Positions 1 to 8,942 of a stretch of DNA of 64,000 nt are shown piece after piece. Every line of letters starts with the position of its first letter. The stretch's first letter is position 1. Origin of the DNA: an uncultured Spirochaetota bacterium (GTDB lineage: Bacteria > Spirochaetota > Spirochaetia > SZUA-6 > Fen-1364); contig CAWGAA010000001.1 of assembly GCA_963820525.1 (NCBI GenBank), forward strand, positions 1,216,001-1,280,000, written 5' to 3'. The notes beneath the pieces were generated by a model, which saw only the letters and a program-made list of their open reading frames with translations, had not been told where the DNA came from and did not search any database. The position numbers were made by a program, and so were the translations under genes.

Positions 1-576
1 CTTGGTCCTGAGGCCGCGGGCGGGCTGGGAGAGAAGACCCCACACCATGGCGCGGTTTCCCTTGACCAGCTTGAAGCGTTTCACGGCCTCCACTCCCAGG
101 TCGTGTCCCGCTGTGTAGAGATCCGCGCCCACGTAGCCGAACCCGTTGGCCGCGTACTTGGCCTCCGCCTTGGCAAGCTGGGTGTTCTGGCTGGTGACGA
201 TGATGCCCTGACTCTCCGCCTGATCGATCAGCGCGTCGAATGCCTCGTCTCCGGGATGGCCCATGACGGCGATGCCGTCCGGCTTGGTGGCCATGACTTC
301 GCGGAACTGCTGGATCATCTTCTGGGGATCCCAGTCGGACCATATGTAGTTGACCTTGCATCCCAGGTCCGCCTCGGCCTGCCGGGCGCCATTGTACACG
401 TTGACCGCGAACACGCCGCCCGAGGGCCCACCGGGGAAGAAGACGACGCTCACCTTGGAAGCCCAGCCCGTTGCCTGGCCCGCGGTCGTGGTCGCCGGTT
501 TCCCGCATGAAACCGCGAAGATCGTCACCAGGGCCAGAAGGGCGACGAGGACGGTGAGAACTCTCGATCTCTTCAT
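1..576 (-). CDS. Sugar ABC transporter substrate-binding lipoprotein (partial, runs off the left edge)
   Basis: Manual translation from ATG 576: MKRSRVLTVLVALLALVTIFAVSCGK... (lipobox), then VVFFPGG..VYNGARQAEADLG..KPDGIAVMGHPG..GYVGADLY, a periplasmic binding protein type 1 pattern. RBS AGGAGG upstream. Confidence 0.85.
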   Translation of the reverse strand, partial: MKRSRVLTVLVALLALVTIFAVSCGKPATTTAGQATGWASKVSVVFFPGGPSGGVFAVNVYNGARQAEADLGCKVNYIWSDWDPQKMIQQFREVMATKPDGIAVMGHPGDEAFDALIDQAESQGIIVTSQNTQLAKAEAKYAANGFGYVGADLYTAGHDLGVEAVKRFKLVKGNRAMVWGLLSQPARGLRTK

Positions 577-634
577 ACACAATTCCTCCTTGCTTTTATT
601 GAATTGCCCCAACGGGGCAATAACGGATCACAAT

Positions 635-1666
635 TCACGGCTTCTGTCTCCCGATGTTCTGCTCCTCCAACCGAGTCGTGTAGCTGTCGATGTTCCGCCG
701 ATCCACGAAGATCACGCCCGTGTCGATGACCTTCGGCACGAGCCGCCCGTCCACGGCGTCCAGCAGGTGCTCGACGGACAGCCACCCCATCTTGAAGGTG
801 TTCTGCACGATGCAGAAGACCACGGAGCCGTCGCGGATCCCATCGAGGGTGTCCCGCAGGTCGTCGAACCCCGCGATGACGACACCCTTCCTGCCCTGCT
901 GCTTCACCACAGCCGCGGCGGCAGGAGCCCCCTCGGCTGAAACTGAGAAGATCGCGTTCAGGTCGGGATGATCCACGAAAAGCGCCTCGGTCTTGTGCAC
1001 CGATTCGGCGAAATCGCCCCCCTCGTCGACCACGGAGACGATCTCGATATCCGGGGCCGCGTTCGCGAGAGCCCTGGTGAGCCCGCGGGTGCGGAGGTTC
1101 AGGTTGGTTGCGCCCAGGCCTCCCTGGAGCACGGCGAGCTTGCCGCGCCCTCCCATCGCCTGGGCCATGCGCACCCCCGCCTGGTAGCCCGCGCTCTCGT
1201 TGTCGGTTCCGATGTAGGTGAGCGCCTCGCTCGAGGGCGCGGGGGCGTCGAAGGTGATCACCTTGATCCCCGCCCGGGCCGCCTCGTGGATGACCGCCAC
1301 GAGCCCCGCATCGTCGTTGGCCGAGATCGCGATGCCGTCCACCCCGCGCGCGATGAGATCCTCGATCACCTTCACTTGCAGCACCACGTCGAATCGCGGG
1401 GGGGCGTCCACCTCGGTTTGGACCCCGTAGCGCTTCGCCGCTGCGTCGAAGGCTCGGTAGACCGGCTCATAGTAGGGATGGACCCCCTTGGGCACCATGA
1501 CAAAGATGAGCCGCCGGCTTCCGGTCGCTCGAGCTGCCTGGGCAGAGGATGAAGCCTGATCCCCGCCTCCACGCTCGCGCGTACATCCACCGAACAGCAG
1601 GGGAACGGTCAGGAGCAGGGCGGCAATGCTGAGAAAACCGATGGCTCTTTTTGCCTGAAACTTCAT
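635..1666 (-). CDS. Sugar ABC transporter substrate-binding lipoprotein (RbsB-like)
   Basis: Lipobox LFGGC; motifs HPYY, GVDGIAIS, VITFDA, YIGTDN, IAGFDD. Confidence 0.9.
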   Translation of the reverse strand: MKFQAKRAIGFLSIAALLLTVPLLFGGCTRERGGGDQASSSAQAARATGSRRLIFVMVPKGVHPYYEPVYRAFDAAAKRYGVQTEVDAPPRFDVVLQVKVIEDLIARGVDGIAISANDDAGLVAVIHEAARAGIKVITFDAPAPSSEALTYIGTDNESAGYQAGVRMAQAMGGRGKLAVLQGGLGATNLNLRTRGLTRALANAAPDIEIVSVVDEGGDFAESVHKTEALFVDHPDLNAIFSVSAEGAPAAAAVVKQQGRKGVVIAGFDDLRDTLDGIRDGSVVFCIVQNTFKMGWLSVEHLLDAVDGRLVPKVIDTGVIFVDRRNIDSYTTRLEEQNIGRQKP

Positions 1667-1694
1667 CCCAGCAGTATCCGATTAAGCCTTATTA

Positions 1695-1712
1695 TTGCAC
1701 GAACCGGACCAA
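1695..1712 (-). promoter_or_regulatory. Sigma54 (-24/-12) promoter candidate for the binding-protein genes
   Basis: Minus strand TTGGTCCGGTTCGTGCAA has GG-N10-GC spacing, ~30 nt upstream of ATG 1666 and next to a sigma54 activator gene. Confidence 0.6.
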
Positions 1713-1818
1713 CCGGGGGCAGCGGAGAAGAAAGACCTTCATTTTGATATCTCATAAGAAATTAGAGAGGTTTTTCTGCTCCTGGCATTTCGATCCATCC
1801 CAGCCGCGGAGCGCCGCC

Positions 1819-1837
1819 TTTACTCGAATTGGGTAAA
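1819..1837. promoter_or_regulatory. Candidate upstream activator site (imperfect palindrome)
   Basis: TTTACTC-gaatt-GGGTAAA, ~110 bp upstream of the -24 element, with an AT-rich stretch in between. Confidence 0.4.
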
Positions 1838-1857
1838 CGTGAGTAGGAGTGGGTAGT

Positions 1858-3171
1858 CTATTGGATCGCGTAGCGCTTCATCTTGTTGTACAGCGTCTTT
1901 CTGCTCATCCCAAGCTCGCGTGAGGCCACCGAGCGGTTGAAACCGGTGCGCCGGAGCACCTCGATGATCGCCTCGCGCTCCTGCCTCCACAGCTCGGGAA
2001 GGCTTCCCTCCGCGGGCCCTTCCAGAAGGAAATCCTGGGGCATGAGCGGCCGGGTCTGCTCGGAGAGCAGCACGGCGGACTCCACCGCGTTCTTCAGCTC
2101 GCGCACGTTCCCCGGCCACTGGTAGGCGCGCAGGTAGCGGATCGCCTCCCGGGAGATCCCAACCCCCGGTTTCTTGTAGCGCTTCGTGTACCGATCCAGG
2201 AAGAGGCTGATGAGGGGCTCGATATCCTCGCGGCGATCGCGAAGCGGCGGGATCGTCACCGCGAAGCCCTTGAGCCTGTAGTAGAGATCCAGCCGGAAGC
2301 GCTTCTCGCGGATCATTTCTGCCAGGTCGCAATTCGTCGATGCCATGATCCGCGCGTACAGCGGAATGGATCGGGTGGATCCGACCGGCTCGAAGGAACG
2401 CTCTTCCAGGGCACGCAGCAGCTTGGTCTGGAGGTGCGGTCCCATGTCGCCGATCTCATCGAGGAAAATCGTCCCTTCTTCCGCCGCTTCGAACTTGCCG
2501 GCAGCGGAGGCGTGGGCTCCCGTGAATGCGCCCTTCTCGTGCCCGAAGAGCTCGCTCTCCAGGAGCTCGGGGGGGATGGCGGCGCAGTTGATGGCCACGA
2601 ACGGCCGCGCGCTCCTCGCGCTGTGCCCATGAACGAATCGCGCCAGCATCTCCTTGCCCGTGCCGCTTTCCCCCAGGAGCAGGAGCGGGATCTCGGAGTC
2701 CATCACCTTCTCCAGGGTGGAGACGATATGCCGCATCGCATGACTTTCCGCCACAAGTCCGCCGTTGACGGACGCCGCCCCCCCACCGCTCTCCTTCCCC
2801 CGCGCTCCGATGCAGAGGCGGTCTGCGAGGGTGACGATGTCCTGGTTGTCGAAGGGTTTCTGCAGATAATCCACGGCGCCCAGCTTCATGGCCCGCACCG
2901 CCGTGTCCACGGAGGCATAAGCGGTGATGATGACGACGGAAGTCTTTCCGGCGCGGAAGTCCGCGAGGAGGTCCGTGCCGCTGAGATCGGGCAGCTTCAG
3001 GTCCACGAAGGCGCAGTCGATCCGGCCGGATTGGGCGATTCTCTTCGCTTCGGCCCCCGTCGCGGCGGTCATCACACGGTAGCCTTCGAGGGCCAGGGCC
3101 TTTTCCAGCCCGAGGCGCATGCCCTCCTCGTCGTCCGCGATAAGAATCATGTAGTCGCTTCGGCTTGGCAT
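1858..3171 (-). CDS. Sigma54-dependent response regulator (NtrC/AtoC family)
   Basis: Receiver domain (ILIADDE..VDLKLP), AAA+ GESGTGKE, ELFGHEKGAFTGA, WPGNVREL, C-terminal Fis-type HTH. Confidence 0.95.
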   Translation of the reverse strand: MPSRSDYMILIADDEEGMRLGLEKALALEGYRVMTAATGAEAKRIAQSGRIDCAFVDLKLPDLSGTDLLADFRAGKTSVVIITAYASVDTAVRAMKLGAVDYLQKPFDNQDIVTLADRLCIGARGKESGGGAASVNGGLVAESHAMRHIVSTLEKVMDSEIPLLLLGESGTGKEMLARFVHGHSARSARPFVAINCAAIPPELLESELFGHEKGAFTGAHASAAGKFEAAEEGTIFLDEIGDMGPHLQTKLLRALEERSFEPVGSTRSIPLYARIMASTNCDLAEMIREKRFRLDLYYRLKGFAVTIPPLRDRREDIEPLISLFLDRYTKRYKKPGVGISREAIRYLRAYQWPGNVRELKNAVESAVLLSEQTRPLMPQDFLLEGPAEGSLPELWRQEREAIIEVLRRTGFNRSVASRELGMSRKTLYNKMKRYAIQ

Positions 3172-4943
3172 GCCTCCTCCTTGCGCGGAAACCACAGGGA
3201 AACTGTGGTTCCGACGTTCGCCTCGCTCTCCACCTCGATCGCGCCTCCATGCTGTTTCATGATCTTCTGGCTGAGGGCGAGCCCGAGCCCCGTGCCGTAT
3301 CCCTGCTTGCGGGTGAAGAAGGGCTCGAAGATGTGCCGGCGCGTCGCGTCGTCCATGCCCTCCCCGTTGTCGGTGACGCGGACCCAGAAGCCCTGGCCGT
3401 CCGCCTCCGCGGCTATCCTGACAAGCCCCCGATCGTGGTGGATCGCCTGCAGGGCGTTGTACATGAGGTTGAAGAACACCTGCTTGACCGCATCCACGTC
3501 TCCCTCGATGACGACGCCGGGGAGGAAAGGCTCGACGCGGACCTCCACCCCGTTCAACCGGAGCTTGGGGGAGAAGAGCTGCACGACCTCGTTCACGACG
3601 GGCTCAAGGGCGAAATCACTCAAGGCGAGCTCGTCATCCCTGGCGTGATGGAGGAGGTTTCCCAGGAGACGGTTGACGCGCTTGATCTCGGTCTCCACGC
3701 GGGAGAGAAACTCATTGCGCTCCGCTTCCACCAGGCGTCCCGAGCGCAGGAGCTGGACGTGGTTGAGGATTATTCCCAGGGGATTGTTGATCTCATGGGC
3801 CACGCCCGCCGAGAAGCGGCCGAGGGCCGCCATCTTCTCGCTGGTGACAAGGAGGCGCTTGCTCTCCTCCAGCCGCACGGCGTTTTCCTCGAGCTCAACC
3901 GCCATCTTGGAGAACCCCCTGTAGAGCTCGCCGAACTCGTCGCGCCGTTCCACAGGAAGCCCCACGCGGTACTCCCCGCGGGCAACCTTGACCGACGCCG
4001 CGAGGAGCGTGCGGATGGCGCGGATCACCTCGCTCCCCCAGAGTATGAAGAGAACCGTCGCCACGCCCACGCAGATCAGCGCGATGATGGACAGGCGGGA
4101 GAAGTTCCGCCACCAATCCGAAAGCGTGATGGAAGAAGGTCCCCCGACGAAAAGGAAGCCCTTTGCCGCCTGCCCCATCTCGAAGTAATACCCCACGTAC
4201 TTGTAGAGACGCCCCGCGAAGGGGTACGTGCCGGAAAAGAAGCCGCCCGTCGCGGGATGGTTTCGGGTCCACAATGCCCCGGCTGCGTCGATCCCCGGCA
4301 GGGAGGAATAGCGATAGAGCCCCTGGGCGTAGAGAGCGATCCCGATGTTGAACCTGAGGGAGAGGGTCTCGAGGTAGCTGCGGTTGAAAGCCTTCTGGAG
4401 GGCAAGGAGGCCGATCTCCGAGCCGGAGCGGAATACCGGTATGTAGAATGTCGCATAGATGCCGTCCGAGGTCTGGAGGTATTCGGGCTGGCCAGAGAGC
4501 CGGGAGGGCGTATCGTGGGTGACGGTGGAGTGGATGTACGTCGAGTTTCCCACGACTGCCACCGAGACATAGTGGTCTCCCTCGATGCGGTAGACTGCGA
4601 TCGTATCGATGGACTCGTAGAGAAGAGCGTTCTCCAAGTTATCCCTGAGCACGGAGATGTCGCCGTCGAGAGTGTCCTTGCTGAAGAAGCCCCAGTACTT
4701 GTTGTAGACGTAGAGCTTGCGCTGCAGGAAATCCGATACGGCGAGACGGCCGATGCTCAGGCGGTAGCGCTGCTCCGTGTCCGAGATGTCCTTCTGCACG
4801 AGGTCCAGGGCAGCCCGGAACCGCGCCTCCTGGGAACGCCCGCCGCTTTCAACGACGACTGCGGCGGCTACGGCTATAGCCACCAGGACGGGAACCAGAA
4901 GCGCGCAAATCGAGAAGAAGAGCAGCCTCGCGCGGAGCTTCAC
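3147..4943 (-). CDS. HAMP-domain sensor histidine kinase
   Basis: Two TM segments, HAMP (RDEFGEL), H-box AHEINNPL, N-box QVFFNLMYNA, G boxes DNGEG and GTGLGL. Confidence 0.93.
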   Translation of the reverse strand: MKLRARLLFFSICALLVPVLVAIAVAAAVVVESGGRSQEARFRAALDLVQKDISDTEQRYRLSIGRLAVSDFLQRKLYVYNKYWGFFSKDTLDGDISVLRDNLENALLYESIDTIAVYRIEGDHYVSVAVVGNSTYIHSTVTHDTPSRLSGQPEYLQTSDGIYATFYIPVFRSGSEIGLLALQKAFNRSYLETLSLRFNIGIALYAQGLYRYSSLPGIDAAGALWTRNHPATGGFFSGTYPFAGRLYKYVGYYFEMGQAAKGFLFVGGPSSITLSDWWRNFSRLSIIALICVGVATVLFILWGSEVIRAIRTLLAASVKVARGEYRVGLPVERRDEFGELYRGFSKMAVELEENAVRLEESKRLLVTSEKMAALGRFSAGVAHEINNPLGIILNHVQLLRSGRLVEAERNEFLSRVETEIKRVNRLLGNLLHHARDDELALSDFALEPVVNEVVQLFSPKLRLNGVEVRVEPFLPGVVIEGDVDAVKQVFFNLMYNALQAIHHDRGLVRIAAEADGQGFWVRVTDNGEGMDDATRRHIFEPFFTRKQGYGTGLGLALSQKIMKQHGGAIEVESEANVGTTVSLWFPRKEEACQAEATT

Positions 4944-4969
4944 TGAGTCGTGATCCCCCTTGACCCAGC

Positions 4970-4998
4970 ATTATAGCAGAGGGAGAGCGCGCGAGCAA
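4970..4998 (-). promoter_or_regulatory. Sigma70-type promoter for the kinase/regulator pair
   Basis: Minus strand TTGCTC-17 nt-TATAAT upstream of GTG 4943. Confidence 0.55.
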
Positions 4999-5145
4999 AC
5001 GGGAGAGGCACAGAACCGCAGCTCTCCCAATCCCAGGGGAACTCGGCGGGATAATCACGCTGTAGACCAGCCAGGCTTTACCGGGCCAGCTTGGCAATTT
5101 GCTCCCGCTCCCAGCCGTAAGCTTGCAGGCGGCGCTGCATGGCCT

Positions 5146-5225
5146 CCCGGCAATCCCAGCGCCACTATTGCTACGTCGATGGACCCGTCTCCGCGCGCCC
5201 GAGAGCCGAATATCGATAATCGACA
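5146..5225 (-). pseudogene. Possible relic of a minimal nucleotidyltransferase (MNT)
   Basis: Minus strand reads CRLSIFGSRARGDGSIDVAIVALGLP, resembling hFGSxARG..SDiDl with residues deleted. No intact ORF. Confidence 0.3.
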
Positions 5226-5245
5226 CCATTGCACGAGTTCCGAAA

Positions 5246-6652
5246 TTACCGGCTGGATGCGGCTGCGTGCTCAATTGCTTCGAAGATTTTCTGATACCCG
5301 GTGCAGCGGCACAGGTTGCCTGTGATCGCCTGCCGTATTTGCTGCCGCGTCGGAGAAGAATTCTCTTCCAACAGTTGCGCGCCGCTCATGATCACCCCTG
5401 GTGTACAGTATCCGCATTGTACTGCGCCGGCTTCGACAAAAGCGCGCTGTACGGGGTGGAGTTCATTTTCTTGTTTCAAGCCCTCGATTGTAACGATGTT
5501 CGCATACTGCGCACGAGGGGCGGGCACCAGGCAGCTCATCACCGCAATGTCATCGAGCAAAACCGTGCATGCCCCGCATTCGCCTTCCGCGCAACCTTCC
5601 TTCGTGCCTGTCAATCCTATGTCCTCACGCAGCATCCGCAGCAGCGTCTTGGCGCCTGCGCCCTTGATATCATACGGCCTGCCGTTGACGGTCGTTTTAA
5701 TGGCATCTGTGCCGTCCGATTTTGAATCTATCTTTTTGAATTTTCCGTTCGTCTTGCCCCACAGCTTCACAGGATTTGCAGGAAAATCGGCGCCCTCGGT
5801 ACCGTCGCGTAACTGGCGTAGCGCGCGGGCAGTGTGCACTCTCACCATCTCGTAGCGATACTCCGCCGTGCCACGAATATCGTCAATCGGTCGAGCGGCA
5901 CGGCTCGCCAGATCCGCCGCAACGGCAATGGTCGCCTCATCGAGTGTTTTTCCCAATAAGAACTGTTGTGCATCGCTTGCGGCGGCAATCGTCGGCGCGA
6001 CGGAGCCTAGAGTGATGCGTGCACTCTCAATGCGTGAATCGCTGAATCCTAAGACAAGCGCGACATTCACCACGGAAATCGCCTGGGCGCGCCGCAGTCC
6101 AAACTTGATAAAGGTGCCGCGTTCGTTTTCTTTGAGAGCGGGGAAAGATATCTCGGTCAGCATTTCGTCGGACGCGAGCGTCGTCTGACGCACACCGCAT
6201 ATGAACTCGGGGAGCGGGATCTGACGCTCACCGCGTGCCTTGCTTGCCAGCGTTACCCCAGCTCCCATTGCCCACAACGGTGCAATCGTGTCATTCGCCG
6301 GCGACGCGGTGATGACATTGCCCGCGATCGTGCCGCGATTGCGGATCTGCGGAGCGCCTACCTCCCAACATGCGCGCACGAGCGGATATGCGCGTTCGCG
6401 CAGCAGCGGCGAGCCGATGACGTGATTGTGCGTGACGCTTGCGCCCACATGGAACGTACCGCCATCGAATCGGATTTCGTCCAATCCCTCGATGCGGCTT
6501 ACATCGATCATCACCTTCGGCGTGCGCACCTTGCGTTCCATCTCGATCAGCAAATCGGTACCGCCGTTGATGACTCGCGCATCTTTGCCGTACTCTGCTA
6601 AAAACTCCAGCGTCTCGTCGATGGATGTCGGTTGCACGTATTTTTCCCACAT
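5246..6652 (-). CDS. Xanthine dehydrogenase-family FAD-binding subunit fused to a 2x[2Fe-2S] domain
   Basis: INGGTDL, IRNRGTIAGN and PIDDIRGTAEYR (FAD part), followed by GCAEGECGAC and QCGYCTPG..NLCRCTGY. Confidence 0.92.
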   Translation of the reverse strand: MWEKYVQPTSIDETLEFLAEYGKDARVINGGTDLLIEMERKVRTPKVMIDVSRIEGLDEIRFDGGTFHVGASVTHNHVIGSPLLRERAYPLVRACWEVGAPQIRNRGTIAGNVITASPANDTIAPLWAMGAGVTLASKARGERQIPLPEFICGVRQTTLASDEMLTEISFPALKENERGTFIKFGLRRAQAISVVNVALVLGFSDSRIESARITLGSVAPTIAAASDAQQFLLGKTLDEATIAVAADLASRAARPIDDIRGTAEYRYEMVRVHTARALRQLRDGTEGADFPANPVKLWGKTNGKFKKIDSKSDGTDAIKTTVNGRPYDIKGAGAKTLLRMLREDIGLTGTKEGCAEGECGACTVLLDDIAVMSCLVPAPRAQYANIVTIEGLKQENELHPVQRAFVEAGAVQCGYCTPGVIMSGAQLLEENSSPTRQQIRQAITGNLCRCTGYQKIFEAIEHAAASSR

Positions 6653-6666
6653 AGGCTCCTCGGTTG

Positions 6667-8904
6667 TCATCTTTCATGCAGCGCCTTGAATACTTTTTCG
6701 GGCGTCGCCGGCAGTTCGTTGAGCCAGACCCCCGTCGCATCGTGAATCGCGGCAAGAATCGCGGGAGCAAGCGGCAAGAAAGGCAGCTCGCCCAAGCCAC
6801 GTGCGCCCCATGGTCCGCGCGGGTCGGGAACTTCGACGATTACGGATTCGACCACCTCGGGTACGTCAAGCGCGGTTGGAATGAGGTATGTACTGAGCTG
6901 GTCGGTAATCACACGACCGTCCTTCATCTGGAAATTTTCTTGCAGCGCGTAGCCCTGCGCTTGTGCGACCGCGCCTTCGATTTGTCCCTCAATCGCCTGT
7001 GAATTGATGGCTTTACCCACATCGTCCGCCGCGACGACACGCAGCAGGTGCACAAAACCGGTCCCGGTGTCAACCTGCACTTCGACGGCCTGCGCCGAGT
7101 AGGCGTAGGCAAAGTTCGGCGTCGAATAACCCGTCTCATTGTCGAAGGGCGTCGTTTGCGGCGCGAGATATGTGTACTCTGCGATGGCAGGACGTTCCTC
7201 CGCGCGCCATTTCTCCAGCGCGCTTTGTGCCGCGCCGCGAATTGCGTTACCCGCCATGAATGTGAGGCGCGACGCGGACGTACTGCCCGAATTGCCCATG
7301 CGCGCCGTGTCCGATGCGACGAGCATTACTTTGTCAAACGGCAGGCCAAGTGCCTCTGCCGCCATTTGCATTATCACCGTGTGCGCCCCCTGCCCGACAT
7401 CCGCGCCCGCGTGATACACGACCGCGCGCTCGATGTTACCGCCGCCATACAGTTCGACGCGCGTCCAGCAATTTTCTTGATAGCCGAAACTGAAACCGAT
7501 GTTCTTGAATCCTGCCGCAAAACCTATCCCGCGACGCATGACAGACGGCAGAGAGCCGGCACCATCCTCCTTTGTCTTTCGGCTTTCCTCGTCGGGGCAA
7601 TACCAGCCAGTCGGTGTCTGACGCCATCCCGCACGCCCCGCCGCTGAGCTAATCACATGAGCGATGCTGACGGGACCTGGCGGCGCGGTGCCGACGCCGA
7701 GCGTATCACCCTTGCGCAGCACGTTTCGCATCCTCAATTCAACAGGGTCCATGCCCAGCGCTCCAGCGAGCTTGTTCATCTGCATCTCGGCAAGGAAATT
7801 TCCCTGCGGCGCGCCAAACCCGCGAAAAGCGCAGGTGGGAATGTTGTTTGTGTATACGGCGTAGGTATCCACCTTGACATGAGGGATGAAATACGGACCC
7901 GTGCAGACAATTGTGGTGTTTCCGAGCACTTTGTTGCTGGTGAAGAGATATGCGCCAGCGTCCGCGACGATTTCCATTTCCGCGGCGACGAGTCTGCCCG
8001 CGCTGCTCGCTCCCCATTTGGCGCGGAGCGTCATCGGGTGGCGCTTGCCGTGCCCAATGATGGACTCGCGGCGGCTCCAGACTGTCTTCACGGGACGCCG
8101 CAGCTTCAGCGCCGCGAGCGCGAGCACGATCTGAACCGACATGTCTTCCCGTCCGCCGAATGCCCCGCCGATTACAGGATAGACCACACGTACCCGATCT
8201 TCGGGCACGCTGAGCGCGTGCGCGATCTGTTGCCGGTCCGTGTGAGCCCACTGCCCGGCGACCTCCACCGTCACGCGTCCTTCCTCATCAATGTACGCGA
8301 TGCCCGCTTCGGGTTGCAGGTACGCGTGCTCCTGAAACGGCAACAGGTACTCGCTTTCGATAATCACCTCGGCCTGCGCGAATCCTGCCGCAACATCGCC
8401 CTTGCGAATCTTGTAGCAAGCGCAAATGTTGCTATCACCTCGTTCCGGGTGGATAAGCTGCGCGCCGGGTTGCATCGCCGCAAGCGGGTCCGTCACAATG
8501 GGCAAGTCTACAAACTCGACCCTAATCAAATCCCGTGCGGCAGTCGCGGATTGCTCCGTTTCCGCAACGACAAGAGCGATCTTGTCGCCGACAAAACGCA
8601 CGATGTCGCTGCCCGGCTTGGCAGAACCAGGACCACACAACACGGGTTGGTCGGGTTGCTGCAAGCCGCACTCGTTGACGGGCACATCCTTCGCCGTGAA
8701 CACCTCGACCACTCCGGGGTATTTTTCCGCGCGGGATGTATCGAGTCGGAGGATGCGCGCGTGCGGACGCTCGGCAAACAGAGTCTTCATGTGCAGCATC
8801 CCCGGCATCGTGAGGTCGCCGGGATAAAGCGCCCGGCCGGTCACTTTGGCCATAGCGTCAACCCGGGCCACCGACTGACCGACAATATTCAGTGCAGGCG
8901 ACAT
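6667..8904 (-). CDS. Xanthine dehydrogenase-family molybdopterin-binding subunit
   Basis: QEHAYLQPE, GGAFGGR, AFRGFGAPQ, DVGQG, SASR, GQIEG, GARGLGE (catalytic Glu). Likely start MSPALNIVG. Confidence 0.93.
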   Translation of the reverse strand: MSPALNIVGQSVARVDAMAKVTGRALYPGDLTMPGMLHMKTLFAERPHARILRLDTSRAEKYPGVVEVFTAKDVPVNECGLQQPDQPVLCGPGSAKPGSDIVRFVGDKIALVVAETEQSATAARDLIRVEFVDLPIVTDPLAAMQPGAQLIHPERGDSNICACYKIRKGDVAAGFAQAEVIIESEYLLPFQEHAYLQPEAGIAYIDEEGRVTVEVAGQWAHTDRQQIAHALSVPEDRVRVVYPVIGGAFGGREDMSVQIVLALAALKLRRPVKTVWSRRESIIGHGKRHPMTLRAKWGASSAGRLVAAEMEIVADAGAYLFTSNKVLGNTTIVCTGPYFIPHVKVDTYAVYTNNIPTCAFRGFGAPQGNFLAEMQMNKLAGALGMDPVELRMRNVLRKGDTLGVGTAPPGPVSIAHVISSAAGRAGWRQTPTGWYCPDEESRKTKEDGAGSLPSVMRRGIGFAAGFKNIGFSFGYQENCWTRVELYGGGNIERAVVYHAGADVGQGAHTVIMQMAAEALGLPFDKVMLVASDTARMGNSGSTSASRLTFMAGNAIRGAAQSALEKWRAEERPAIAEYTYLAPQTTPFDNETGYSTPNFAYAYSAQAVEVQVDTGTGFVHLLRVVAADDVGKAINSQAIEGQIEGAVAQAQGYALQENFQMKDGRVITDQLSTYLIPTALDVPEVVESVIVEVPDPRGPWGARGLGELPFLPLAPAILAAIHDATGVWLNELPATPEKVFKALHER

Positions 8905-8942
8905 TCTTTCCTCCGCTTCAGTTTCAGCTCGGCGTGTATATT

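Noticed and set aside
3165..4946. Long antisense ORFs (e.g. 3165-4946, 7657-9027, 11101-12429, 25835-26890, 47396-48577)
   Set aside because: They are shadows of well-supported opposite-strand genes in high-GC DNA and show no motifs of their own.
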